From Candidatus Heimdallarchaeum aukensis (GTDB taxonomy: Archaea; Asgardarchaeota; Heimdallarchaeia; Heimdallarchaeales; Heimdallarchaeaceae), in assembly GCA_021513695.1 (NCBI GenBank), contig CP084166.1, positions 1,952,001 to 2,016,000 on the forward strand: a stretch of 64,000 nt of DNA, read 5' to 3'. Below, in pieces: positions 29,762-40,164 of the stretch (within the stretch, counting starts at the first letter, position 1; each line of letters starts with the position of its first letter). The notes beneath the pieces were generated by a model. It was not told where the DNA came from, ran no database searches, and was given only the letters and a program-made list of their open reading frames with translations. The translations under genes were made by a program, and so were the position numbers.

Positions 29762-30055
29762 TTATATTTGTAAACAACTATAATTTTAGTATACTCCACT
29801 TTGTGTTTTATATAGTTTTAGATTCAGCTTATTTCTTACACATATTTTTGCAGAGTATAATTGTTACTGCTGTTTGATATGTGTTTTATATAGTTTTAGA
29901 TAATGTTCAAGTTAAAAGTAATAAAAGGCTAAATACCCAAAGTGATATACAAAAAAGATTGCTACCTGATTAAAAATAGATAATAGTTGTTACTGCCATC
30001 AGAATTGATTAAAAAAAAATTAAAGATCAAGGCTTCTTAACGGAAATAATTTTTT

Positions 30056-30079
30056 GATAGTGATAGTGATAGTGATAGG
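30056..30079. repeat. hexanucleotide microsatellite (GATAGT)x4, followed by an (AAT)3 run
   Basis: Direct tandem repeat visible in the sequence. It underlies a spurious low-complexity ORF (YHYHYH). Confidence 0.7.
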
Positions 30080-30281
30080 AATAATAATAACGATAGCAAT
30101 TGCATAATAATATCGAAACAGAAAATGTTAAAACGTAAGTGGAGAGCCAAAGCGGAAAAATGAGAAATCTTACCACACCACATAATATTATGTGGTAAGA
30201 TATTTCAATCAAGCAAAGTGGGTTTCCAGCCGAATAACAACAAAAATCAACTAAAAATGAGCTGAAAGACAAAATAAAACT

Positions 30282-30728
30282 TTATTTAGAAATTAGATCA
30301 GGAATTGAATGAATGTCTAGTTCACCATAAGCATTCAACAGCTTTTTAGTTACAGAATAATAACGTTGTGAAACATTTCCACGTCTTGTCAATAAACCTT
30401 CATCAGCCATTCTTGATAAGGTTGTACTTACAGTACTTAATCGTATGCCTTCATTAAAGATCTTTGAGTATAGTATTTCTATGTCATTAGATGTAAACCA
30501 ATCATTTTCAGGATAATGATTTCTCACAATAGAAGCTATTCTTTCCTTTTTTGAAGCACTTAGAAGCTCATTCTGGGTATTTATTTTGGTTACTTCCTCT
30601 TCGTCCTCGGTTATTTCACCTTTTCCTGTAACTAAAGAAATAATAGTTCTAATGGTCTCGGTGCTAGATCCCTCTGGTACGCTAATAATAGTACCATCAG
30701 GAAGTTTAATTGTAATCTCTTTACCCAT
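30282..30728 (-). CDS. putative transcription regulator: N-terminal beta-grasp/TGS-like domain plus C-terminal winged helix
   Basis: ITIKLPDGTIISVPEG at the N-terminus and LSTVSTTLSRMADEGLLTRRG (wHTH-like) at the C-terminus. Confidence 0.45.
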   Translation of the reverse strand: MGKEITIKLPDGTIISVPEGSSTETIRTIISLVTGKGEITEDEEEVTKINTQNELLSASKKERIASIVRNHYPENDWFTSNDIEILYSKIFNEGIRLSTVSTTLSRMADEGLLTRRGNVSQRYYSVTKKLLNAYGELDIHSIPDLISK

Positions 30729-31242
30729 TAGAACTCACTTAGTAATTCTATTATTATATATCGCATATTCATTTATAAAACTACATATTACCAATAGTAC
30801 TTTGGTGAGGTATTACAATAAAAGGTATTCTTTTTTTCTAGCCAGTAATATCACACTTAGAAAGGGTATAATCACTTTTTTTAAAAAAAAGTCAGTAATT
30901 TATAAACGATTTTAAAAGATGTAAAGATACCCGTTTATTTCTATTCGAGAATATATAATTTATTTAAGAGTGAAAAATATGATTTTCAAAAAGTTTATAT
31001 ATATAGAAGTTTGCAAAACTATGGGAGGGTATGTACTTTTAGTATATTAACTAATAGAGAAATTAGGTATGCAGTAAGTAAAGTTCCAGTTGACGTGTAC
31101 GGGAGTCTGTGCTTCTTTAAAAGACATTTTTATAGATTTGTACACATTTGCTTTAAAACCATATTTCATCATAGTTTTTTTTCGATAAGCAACTTCTTTG
31201 CTCTTCCAATAAGTTTAATAAAAAAAATCAACATTTTCGCTT

Positions 31243-31521
31243 ATGGTTACAAGAGTTCATTTTTGTCAGAAATGTGGACGCCCTATTAAAAGATCTGGAT
31301 ATTGTGAAGATTGTGCCTCTGAATTAAACGTAGGAATAAAAAATCGTTGTTCATTTTGTGGAAAAAGTAATTTAATGTCTCCTTTAGCTTATAACTTAAA
31401 AACTAAACATGTTTATTGTAAGACTTGTTTAGATCTTTTTGTAAAAGGACTTCGTTCTAATCATTTTACAGAACATGAAATTAAGAAAATAATTGATAAA
31501 GATTTTATCCCTGTTAGGTAG
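31243..31521 (+). CDS. zinc-ribbon protein (4x CxxC)
   Basis: CQKC, CEDC, CSFC and CKTC pairs. 92 aa. Confidence 0.45.
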   Translation: MVTRVHFCQKCGRPIKRSGYCEDCASELNVGIKNRCSFCGKSNLMSPLAYNLKTKHVYCKTCLDLFVKGLRSNHFTEHEIKKIIDKDFIPVR

Positions 31522-33312
31522 TTATTGTTTTTTTATTATTTCATTTACACCAATTATTATTCCTAAATATGTTATTAGATAATTCAAAAAGCACAATAAT
31601 GAAATTTTCATACCTAACAATTTAGTAATAGTAATTTCTACAATGAAGTATTTGATAATAACTAAACCAAGTAAAAAGCTTAATACAAGTCCTGGAATAG
31701 TATTTAAACTCATATCATTTAACATACAATTCCGAAGTACTCTTTTTTTAGTTCCTATCTTATACATTAGTTTTATGTCGTCAGAATTTTCACTTACCAA
31801 TAGGATTCCAAAAGCTAGAAATCTTGTTAAAGTTATTATAAAAAGAATACCATAAATTGAGTTTACTAAATTAATTACATTCCACAGTCCTTTTATCTTT
31901 TTTTCAACGATTTCTGTGATATTGGATACTCGGTAATTACTTTCCTCAGCACTAGTATATATTTTACTAATTATATCACTTTTCACAGATTTAATAAGAA
32001 TACAATTTCCATTGCTTGTTAACAAATTTTCTCTTAACTTTCTCATAGGAATATATATTGTATACCCATTAGCAAAATTTTCATTAACAATTCCTGTTAC
32101 TCTATATTTCTCTTTTAGTCCTCCTATTCGTAAAAATTCTAAAGTATAATCATCTAACAACATTTTGTTTACTGATTGACTTATTACTATCTCATTTTTC
32201 TCCTTATTTGGCTTTACACCTTCAATTAATCGATCCAAGAATATTGTTTCGTTTATATATCCAATAATAGTAATATTTAGACTTCTTTCTTTACCTACAG
32301 TTTTATATTGTTCTAAATTTACTGTATCTGGTATCGTGACATTAATTTCACTAACTTTTCTTTTATTCAGAAATATTATGTCATAAACAACATTATTTTC
32401 TTTAAGGTTATTTATAAAATCAGAGTTTAAACTGCTTTTCTCTGTGAAAAAATCATTATAATTATGTTCACTATATCCTATATTATTTTCAAAGAAATTC
32501 GCTACATTTTCTTTACTAATTAGATATTTATATTTCCCAAATTGCTCTGTGTAACTGTACACAAATGTATTTCCAATATTTATTGTAGAAAAAAGAAAAA
32601 TTACTGATGCTGTTGAAATTAGAAAAATGAAAAAGAAAGTTGATCTTATCTCTCCTGAACGAAGAAATGCTTTTAATCCAAACTTTCTAGCAGGCTTTAT
32701 CTTTTTGAATAATTCGTCAAATTCAAAAATGCTTTTATAATTTCTTAATCCTTTTGAAGAAATTTCTAAATTATTTTCATTTAATATTCTAAGTATCTCA
32801 TTATGTGTTACTAAATAATGTAATAAAACTATGCTACCACAAATTAAGAATGCAGGTAAAAATTTTATCTGATTTCCATATGAACCCATTTTAAAAATGT
32901 ATAATATGATTAGAAGAATTATCGCACTTAAAAATAGTCCTATTACAAAAGAAATTACTCCAACAAGTATATGGTAAAACAGTATATAACTATAGATCCA
33001 TTTAGTTTTTGATCCTACATTTTTCATTAATGCAATATCTTTTATTTGGTGGTTGAATATCTGTCTAACTGTTTTCCTTGTTACTATAATCGCTAAAAAT
33101 AATGACAAAATTGTAGATACAATGCTAAAAATCAGGTAGCTTTGTTGTATTCTGTACGAAACATTTCCTTCGAAAATTGCTTTGGTTATTGAAATAGAAT
33201 TGATACTTATTCCAACTAAAATGTAGGATAAAATTAAATTTGCATATTGGGTTAATGAAGTTGTAAAAGATCTTCTAAAATTAATCCAAGAGTATTTTAC
33301 CTGACCTATCAT
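31522..33312 (-). CDS. ABC transporter permease, FtsX/MacB-like
   Basis: N-terminal TM helix, a large extracytoplasmic domain and C-terminal TM bundle. It overlaps the ATPase gene by 4 nt. Confidence 0.65.
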   Translation of the reverse strand: MIGQVKYSWINFRRSFTTSLTQYANLILSYILVGISINSISITKAIFEGNVSYRIQQSYLIFSIVSTILSLFLAIIVTRKTVRQIFNHQIKDIALMKNVGSKTKWIYSYILFYHILVGVISFVIGLFLSAIILLIILYIFKMGSYGNQIKFLPAFLICGSIVLLHYLVTHNEILRILNENNLEISSKGLRNYKSIFEFDELFKKIKPARKFGLKAFLRSGEIRSTFFFIFLISTASVIFLFSTINIGNTFVYSYTEQFGKYKYLISKENVANFFENNIGYSEHNYNDFFTEKSSLNSDFINNLKENNVVYDIIFLNKRKVSEINVTIPDTVNLEQYKTVGKERSLNITIIGYINETIFLDRLIEGVKPNKEKNEIVISQSVNKMLLDDYTLEFLRIGGLKEKYRVTGIVNENFANGYTIYIPMRKLRENLLTSNGNCILIKSVKSDIISKIYTSAEESNYRVSNITEIVEKKIKGLWNVINLVNSIYGILFIITLTRFLAFGILLVSENSDDIKLMYKIGTKKRVLRNCMLNDMSLNTIPGLVLSFLLGLVIIKYFIVEITITKLLGMKISLLCFLNYLITYLGIIIGVNEIIKKQ

Positions 33313-34172
33313 TTTGTTTTTTCATTCCTTTTTTCATAATTTTCTTTATCCTCATAAATAGCCTGCTCAAAAAACTCTTCAAAAATATCATATCTTTCCA
33401 ATTCTTCTTCTATTTCTATTTTTTCCCATTTTTCTATGCTCTTAATTGGTCTATAAATTATTTTATCTTCTTTTTTCCTTTCAGGAAACTCAATTTCTAA
33501 AGAAACTTTCTTTTTCTCAATTTTATATATCTTTGATGCAATATTTCTAAGTTTAGGATCATGCGATGAAATTACAATTGTAATATCTGTTTTTTGGAAA
33601 ATATCTTTAATAATTTCACAAATTTGATCTCTTGTCTCATCATCTAAGTTACCAGTAGGTTCGTCCAACACTAAAATATGTGGGTTGTTAATTAGAGCTC
33701 TAATTATTCCTAATCTCTTTTTTTCTCCACCACTTAGTTGTTCAGGAAAACTTTTTCTCCTGTTTTCTAAACCAAATTTTTTTAACCAATTTTCAATTCT
33801 TTTTTCATCTGAATTTTCTATTCCTCCCAACATTTCTTGAAAAAATAATAAATTTTCTTCGGCTGTTAATGTTGAAATGAGATTATTATCTTGAAAAACA
33901 ATACCAAAGTTTTCTGCACGAAAATCATTTTTCTCTTGTTTATTCATTTGATCATAATATAATCCACAAATTTCAACATCTCCTTCAGTTGGTTCAATTA
34001 ATCCTGTTATTATGTTTAATAATGTTGTTTTTCCGCTTCCACTAGGTCCGTAGAATAGAACGATTTCATCTCTTTTGATTTCTAAATTTACATTTTCAAA
34101 AACAACTAGATCTTCCCAAAATAATTGGAATATTTTTTTAACGTCAGTTAATTTGATAATTACATCGCTCAT
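33309..34172 (-). CDS. ABC transporter ATP-binding protein (MacB/LolD-like)
   Basis: Walker A GPSGSGKTT, signature LSGGEKKR, Walker B LVLDEPT. Confidence 0.85.
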   Translation of the reverse strand: MSDVIIKLTDVKKIFQLFWEDLVVFENVNLEIKRDEIVLFYGPSGSGKTTLLNIITGLIEPTEGDVEICGLYYDQMNKQEKNDFRAENFGIVFQDNNLISTLTAEENLLFFQEMLGGIENSDEKRIENWLKKFGLENRRKSFPEQLSGGEKKRLGIIRALINNPHILVLDEPTGNLDDETRDQICEIIKDIFQKTDITIVISSHDPKLRNIASKIYKIEKKKVSLEIEFPERKKEDKIIYRPIKSIEKWEKIEIEEELERYDIFEEFFEQAIYEDKENYEKRNEKTK

Positions 34173-34240
34173 TTATAACACATTTACAGCTAATAATAGC
34201 AGATTATAAATAGTTATAAACAAAGTAGTTAAAAAACTAT

Positions 34241-34594
34241 TTATTTCTTAACAAGGAGGTTAGATATTTTTTTTATTGTTTGGTCTATCTTTCTTTTTCT
34301 TTCCATTGCTTCCTTAAGTAATATACCTGTTTTTATTTCTTCTTCGATGTTTTCTGGAATTGTTTTTCCTAAATAAGTTCTATACTTGTAATCTGGTTCT
34401 TTACGTAAATAATAATATGGCCCGTGGTAGTAATTTTTGTTTGTTTGGCATTTGCAATTTTTTTTTCCACATTTTATATACTTCTTAGATATAAAACCTA
34501 TAATATATGGTTTTCTTGATAGTGTAGCAATTTTTTTCTCTAACTCTCTACTTTCCTCAATTAACTGCTCTAAAATATTATCAATCGGTGACAT
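34241..34594 (-). CDS. hypothetical Zn-binding protein
   Basis: CGKKNCKC...HGPYYY motif. No family recognised. Confidence 0.4.
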   Translation of the reverse strand: MSPIDNILEQLIEESRELEKKIATLSRKPYIIGFISKKYIKCGKKNCKCQTNKNYYHGPYYYLRKEPDYKYRTYLGKTIPENIEEEIKTGILLKEAMERKRKIDQTIKKISNLLVKK

Positions 34595-34710
34595 AATTTA
34601 GCTTTAAATATCAAATTCTTTAAAATCTCTTAATAATATTAACATACTTTCTGGATATTATCGATATATAAATATTCATTGAAAATATAATATATCAAAG
34701 TAGTGATGCT

Positions 34711-35025
34711 ATGAATGAAGAAAAAGGATTGCTAAAAAGAGAAATAAAAGAAAAAACTAGTTTTGATGGTATTGTAGTAGGAAGAAGAAGACTATATGTT
34801 TACTCAGAAAATTATAGAAAAAAAATAAGCATAGATGATCTAATACTCAATATATTATCTGAAAAAGGTCCTTTAACACGAGACGAATTGGTAGAACTAA
34901 CACATATTCCCAGGACAACACTTTATGATAATCTAGCTCGCTTAATAGATGAAGGTTATGTCAAAAAAGAATCAGTTCCAAGAAAAACTAGAGGAAGACC
35001 TAAAATTCTATTCAAACTTGCATAA
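34711..35025 (+). CDS. small winged-helix DNA-binding protein
   Basis: LTRDELVELTHIPRTTLYDNLARLIDEGYV followed by RKTRGRPK. It lies directly upstream of orc1/cdc6. Confidence 0.5.
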   Translation: MNEEKGLLKREIKEKTSFDGIVVGRRRLYVYSENYRKKISIDDLILNILSEKGPLTRDELVELTHIPRTTLYDNLARLIDEGYVKKESVPRKTRGRPKILFKLA

Positions 35026-35191
35026 AATCTTGATATTATTGATTAATATAATATATTCACAATAGTATTCACTATTTACTAATTTGTTCGATTCGTTAAT
35101 TATCGACAAAGTTAAAGTTGTAATGTTGTAACAAACTAAGAAGTTCATAAAAGTGTATAAACTTTAGTTATTAATTTAAGGAGAAAAAAGA

Positions 35192-36409
35192 ATGGATGAG
35201 CATTCCAATATAGACAGTATATTTGACAAATATTTAGATGAAGATAATCCAATATTTATAAATCGTGAGATACTTAGTCCTAATTATGTTCCTGAATATC
35301 TTCCGCATAGAGAAGATAAATTTGAAGAGATGGCAAAAATATTGGGACCTGCTTTGAGAGGAGGTTCACCCTCTAATATTTTTATTTATGGTACAACTGG
35401 AACAGGAAAAACAGCTGTTACGAAATATGTTTTAAAAAAGTTGAAAAAAAAGGCTGATGAACGAGAAATAGAGTTTAGTTTTTCGTTTTTTAATTGCCAA
35501 CATATTGACACAAAGTATCGCGTATTTGCTCAGTTGTGTGATGATATAGCAGTTGATGTTCCATTTACAGGTCTTCATTTTGATATTGTTTATCAAAAAT
35601 TTAAAGAGGGGCTAGATGAATTAAAAACTCTTCATATTATTGTATTAGATGAAGTTGATTCCTTGTATAGAAAGAGTACTGAATCATTATACATCCTTAC
35701 TAGATTAAATAGTGAATTGGTTCAATCAAAAATTGGGATAATAGGTATCACGAACGATGTGAATTTCAAAGAAACTTTGGATCCTAGGATACGTAGTAGT
35801 TTAAGTGAAGAAGAAATCGTTTTTTCACCATATACTGCTGAACAATTAAAAGATATTTTGAATCAACGAGTAGAAAAAGCGTTAAACAAAGACGCTTTAG
35901 AATTTGGTGTTTTGAACTTATGTGCTGCAATTGGAGCTCAACAGCATGGAGATGCTAGACGGTCAATAGATCTTCTACGTGTTGCTGCAGAATTAGCTGA
36001 ACGAGAAGGAGCTGAAAAGGTAACAGAGTTACATGTAAGAAAAGCTCAACAAGTTATAGAAAGAAATACAGTTGTTGAAGTATTGAGTTCATTACCCATT
36101 CAAACAAAAGCTGTCTTACAAGCTATATTTATTGGTGAAAGTAAAAGTGAGGAACTAAATACAGGCGATGTTTATGATATTTATTCTTCAATTTGTAAAC
36201 TAATACGTTTAGATCGTTTAACTCCTAGAAGAGTTAGTGATTTAATCAATGAATTGGATATGCTAGGTCTTGTGACAGCTAGAGTAATAAGTAAAGGTCG
36301 ATATGGGCGTTCAAAAAGAATTAATCTTACTATTCCCAAGGCACAAGTTAAAGAGATTTTAGAAAAAGATTTTAGACTTTCAAAAGTTTTTGAGGAGAAT
36401 TCAGTTTGA
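35192..36409 (+). CDS. cdc6: Orc1/Cdc6 replication initiator
   Basis: PEYLPHREDKFEEM, Walker A GTTGTGKT, Walker B VLDEVD, and a C-terminal winged helix. Confidence 0.9.
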   Translation: MDEHSNIDSIFDKYLDEDNPIFINREILSPNYVPEYLPHREDKFEEMAKILGPALRGGSPSNIFIYGTTGTGKTAVTKYVLKKLKKKADEREIEFSFSFFNCQHIDTKYRVFAQLCDDIAVDVPFTGLHFDIVYQKFKEGLDELKTLHIIVLDEVDSLYRKSTESLYILTRLNSELVQSKIGIIGITNDVNFKETLDPRIRSSLSEEEIVFSPYTAEQLKDILNQRVEKALNKDALEFGVLNLCAAIGAQQHGDARRSIDLLRVAAELAEREGAEKVTELHVRKAQQVIERNTVVEVLSSLPIQTKAVLQAIFIGESKSEELNTGDVYDIYSSICKLIRLDRLTPRRVSDLINELDMLGLVTARVISKGRYGRSKRINLTIPKAQVKEILEKDFRLSKVFEENSV

Positions 36410-36541
36410 TTTTTTTATTATTTATCATCCTTTTTTCCTCTTCTCTTCCAATTAACTAACACTAATAGACTGTTCGACCTTTATTTTTCTCTCTTTTTAT
36501 CCTCTTTTATTAAACTTTAAAAAGATTGTATAAAACAATAA

Positions 36542-38536
36542 TTGATGAGTGATTACGCAGCTACTATAGTTAACCACATGAAAAATAAAGAATTAATACG
36601 AAACATATGTATCGTAAGTCATGTAGATCATGGTAAAACTACTCTTTCTGATTATCTTCTTCAAGCTGGAGGATTAATATCCCAATCTCTCGCTGGTTCT
36701 GCACGCGTTTTAGACTATCTTGAAGAAGAACAACAACGTGGGATTACTATAAAAACAGCTAATATTTCTTTCATTTATAAGCACAAAGAAACAGATTATT
36801 TAATCAATCTTGTTGATACACCTGGTCATGTCGATTTTTCAGGATTAGTTGCTCAAGCAATAAGACTAGTTGATGGAGTAATTATTGTTGTTGATGCTGT
36901 AGAAGGGGTAATGGCACAAACACATTCCGTAATTAAACAATCAATAGAAGAGGGATTGAAGCCAATTCTCTTTATAAATAAAGTTGATAGATTGATAAAT
37001 GAACTTAAGCTTGACGAAAAAACTATTGAAAGTAAATTAAATACGATCATACAGTTTGTTAATGAATTGATTTTACAATATTCTTACAACAATAATATTC
37101 AAAGAAAAGTTAGTTTTTCTGATGGGACTGTTATAATAGGTTCTGCACTATATGGTTGGGCTCTGTCAAAGTACTCTGAACAAATACCAAAGTTTTCTAC
37201 AATCATTAGTTTGCATAAAGAAAATAATGTGAAAAAATTAAAAAAAGAAAATTCACTAATTAGTGCTTTAATGCCTGCAATAGTAAATTCTATTCCTTCT
37301 CCCCTTATTGCGCAAAAAGCTCGAATTACGAACATTATTGAATCTATATCAAATCAAGATAGGACCTCAATTGAAAAGTGTGACAATAATGGAAATACAA
37401 TCATTTGTATAGGTAAATTACTCTATGATAAAAATAGAGGAATAATAGCAATTGGAAGATTATTTTCTGGCGTTTTGAGAAAAGGTTCGATTCTAATAAA
37501 TACTAGAAACAAGAAAGAAGTTCGAATACACCAAGTTTGTTTGTATAAAGGTCCTTCACTTATTACTGTGAAGGAAGTTGAAGCAGGAAATATAGCTACA
37601 CTTATCGGAATGAAAGAAATACAAGTTGGCGATGTGTTGGTTGAAGATTTAAATATCGAGCAAATGATTGAGTTTAAACAAATATCTTATTTACAAGAAC
37701 CAGTAATTACAATACGAATTGAACCAAAGAATATTAGTGATATTCCGAAATTGCAAGAAGAGCTTGAAATTCTTTCTTTAATCAAGCCCAACTTTTCATA
37801 TATTATAGACGAAAATACAGGAGAAATTAAAGTTTATGGGATTGGTGAACTACAATTAGAAATAATTCTTAAAGATATTATGAAGACAGGTTTGCAAATA
37901 GAACTTTCAAATCCAGAAGTAGCATTAGTAGAACAAATAGATAAGGAAATTGAACATAAGTCAATTGATTCGTTAGGTAAAGTAGAATTAAGTATAAAGT
38001 GTTCTCCTACAACTAAAGCAAAAATATCTGGCGATACTGTTGTATTTAAAGACAAAAAAAATAATTTTTTGGTTGTTGAAGATACATCAATAAAAAACGA
38101 ACATATTGATCTATTAATTATTGGTTTTAAAAATGCTATAAAATTAGGGGTTAAATCTTCTAATCCTATTAGAAATTTGACTGTTATAATCAAAAAAATA
38201 GATATGCTTGAACAAGATGCTTTTCGATATGAAATTATTGTTCCTGCAGTTAAGAAAATAATCCATGAGGCCATATCCAATTCTATTTTTATTTATGAAC
38301 CAATTTACACAATCACTATAACGACTCCACTTGACTATCTTGGTGCTGTGCTCTCTGTTTTTCAGAAATATGGTGGAGAAGTGGAGAAAACAGAGCAAAT
38401 CTCTTCGAAAATGATTATTTATGGGGTTATAACTGTGCGATCCTCTCTTTCATTGGCAAATGAATTAAGGAAAGCTTCTGAAGGCTTTGCATTTTGGCAA
38501 CTTGATGTGTCTGGTTATAGAAAAATAAAAGAATAG
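36542..38536 (+). CDS. EF-2/EF-G family GTPase (short, divergent aEF-2 or EF-2 paralog)
   Basis: N-terminal IRNICIVSHVDHGKTTLSD...RGITI...DTPGHVDF and NKVDR. At 664 aa it is shorter than canonical aEF-2. Confidence 0.8.
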   Translation: MMSDYAATIVNHMKNKELIRNICIVSHVDHGKTTLSDYLLQAGGLISQSLAGSARVLDYLEEEQQRGITIKTANISFIYKHKETDYLINLVDTPGHVDFSGLVAQAIRLVDGVIIVVDAVEGVMAQTHSVIKQSIEEGLKPILFINKVDRLINELKLDEKTIESKLNTIIQFVNELILQYSYNNNIQRKVSFSDGTVIIGSALYGWALSKYSEQIPKFSTIISLHKENNVKKLKKENSLISALMPAIVNSIPSPLIAQKARITNIIESISNQDRTSIEKCDNNGNTIICIGKLLYDKNRGIIAIGRLFSGVLRKGSILINTRNKKEVRIHQVCLYKGPSLITVKEVEAGNIATLIGMKEIQVGDVLVEDLNIEQMIEFKQISYLQEPVITIRIEPKNISDIPKLQEELEILSLIKPNFSYIIDENTGEIKVYGIGELQLEIILKDIMKTGLQIELSNPEVALVEQIDKEIEHKSIDSLGKVELSIKCSPTTKAKISGDTVVFKDKKNNFLVVEDTSIKNEHIDLLIIGFKNAIKLGVKSSNPIRNLTVIIKKIDMLEQDAFRYEIIVPAVKKIIHEAISNSIFIYEPIYTITITTPLDYLGAVLSVFQKYGGEVEKTEQISSKMIIYGVITVRSSLSLANELRKASEGFAFWQLDVSGYRKIKE

Positions 38537-38622
38537 TGGCTCAGCACTCAAGATCCTCATCACTAATCAGTCAAGGGCTAGACACATCATAGCCACATTA
38601 AATAGTTTATGAGAGTATTTTT

Positions 38623-39945
38623 TTATTTTCTTATTTCACATAGAATTCTTTCTGCTATTTTTGTACTTTTTTCAATAATTCTTTCTTTGTTTAATGTTTG
38701 GTGTTCACGATTTAAATAAAGAAAATTACCATTTACAATAAGGTCATTAACATCTCCACTAGAGGCAGAGTAAAGAACGTTTGAAATTATGTCATTTTGA
38801 GGCCAAGAATGAGCACCGCTAAGTGAAAATAAAGTGATATCAGCGATTGCATTTTCGATTATACCTGCTTTCTCTAATCCAAAAATTTTTGATCCAGCTG
38901 TTGTTCCTATTTTAAGAGCTGTATAATTCTGAAGAACTGTTGGATCTTTAGCTAAGAATTTTTGTAATAAAGCTGCAGTTCTTACCTCCTCTAAAACATC
39001 CAAATTGTTATTTGATGCATTTCCATCAGTACCTACCACAACATCAATATTTTTTTCTATGTATTTAAAAACTGGAGCGATACCACTAGATAACTTCAGG
39101 TTTGATTGTGGATTATGGAGAACTGTAACCTTATATTTCTTCATAATTTCATAATCTCTTCCTGATGGATATACACAATGAGCAGCTAGTATTTTATTTT
39201 TTAGTAAACTCAGATTTTCTAAATATTCAAGTGGTGTTAATTGATGCTGTTTTCTGAAATCAGAAACTTCTTTTTCAGTTTCACTTATGTGTATGTGAAT
39301 TGGAATGTTATATTTTTCTGCAATTTCGGACACTTTTAGTAAATACTCTTTGGGGACAGTATATGGTGCATGAGGACCAATACCATATTTTAACAACGAA
39401 TCTTTTTCTTTTATGATATTATTTCTTGAATGCAAGAATTTTTTGATATGATTCCATGTGTCTTCGATGCTTCCTGTTTCTGGAGTTCCATCAAAGAGAG
39501 ATGGACATAATAAAGCCCGAAGTTTAGATTCTTTTACAACTTTTTCAATGCTTTCAACAAAAAAATACTGATCAATAAATCCTGCAACACCTGATTCAAT
39601 TAATTCTAAAGCTCCTAGGCTGGCTCCGTAATATGCATCTTCTGCAGTCATATGAGATTCAAAAGGCCACACATAATCATATAACCACTCTATTAGTTTA
39701 CTGCTATCACAAATTCCACGAAGAAGAGTTTCAGGTAAGTGAGTATGTGCATTGATAAAAGCAGGAATTGCAACATGATTCATTCTATCAATTTTGTCAT
39801 GCCCCGTAACATATTTCTTCATTTCATCAATTTTTCCTACATGAATAATTTTGTTGTCCTCAATTATAATAGATCCGTTTTTTATTATTTTATTGCATTC
39901 TTCTCCAGAAATTATGTATTTACATTGAATAACTACTTCACTCAT
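38623..39945 (-). CDS. amidohydrolase (MTA/SAH deaminase / chlorohydrolase family)
   Basis: Metal-binding AFINAHTHLPETLLRG and a downstream HxH/D pattern. 440 aa. Confidence 0.75.
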   Translation of the reverse strand: MSEVVIQCKYIISGEECNKIIKNGSIIIEDNKIIHVGKIDEMKKYVTGHDKIDRMNHVAIPAFINAHTHLPETLLRGICDSSKLIEWLYDYVWPFESHMTAEDAYYGASLGALELIESGVAGFIDQYFFVESIEKVVKESKLRALLCPSLFDGTPETGSIEDTWNHIKKFLHSRNNIIKEKDSLLKYGIGPHAPYTVPKEYLLKVSEIAEKYNIPIHIHISETEKEVSDFRKQHQLTPLEYLENLSLLKNKILAAHCVYPSGRDYEIMKKYKVTVLHNPQSNLKLSSGIAPVFKYIEKNIDVVVGTDGNASNNNLDVLEEVRTAALLQKFLAKDPTVLQNYTALKIGTTAGSKIFGLEKAGIIENAIADITLFSLSGAHSWPQNDIISNVLYSASSGDVNDLIVNGNFLYLNREHQTLNKERIIEKSTKIAERILCEIRK

Positions 39946-40164
39946 TGTTAGTAATTTATAATGTATGAATATAATTTTTGTTTACATTTGTTAGCTTGAA
40001 TGTTTTCATACATTTTTTAAAAAAATGTTGAAATTTAACGTTTAACACGTCTTTACACGGTAACACTATTGTAATTGTGTTGACTTTAAGCAAACATTAA
40101 TAATTAACAACTAGGTAACAATTAATAATTAGTAAGGTCTATTATAATTTAGAGTATTTATGGG

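Noticed and set aside
30056-30079. Possible CRISPR array
   Set aside because: It consists only of 6-nt tandem units with no spacers. No CRISPR repeat-spacer architecture exists anywhere in the window.
30027-30272. 81-aa ORF containing YHYHYH
   Set aside because: It is produced by the GATAGT microsatellite and AAT runs. It has no start context and is low complexity.
35026-35191. ORB elements next to orc1/cdc6
   Set aside because: I searched both flanks by eye for the CCAGTGGAAA...GGGG box and found only weak TGTTGTAAC half-sites, so none are reported as ORBs.
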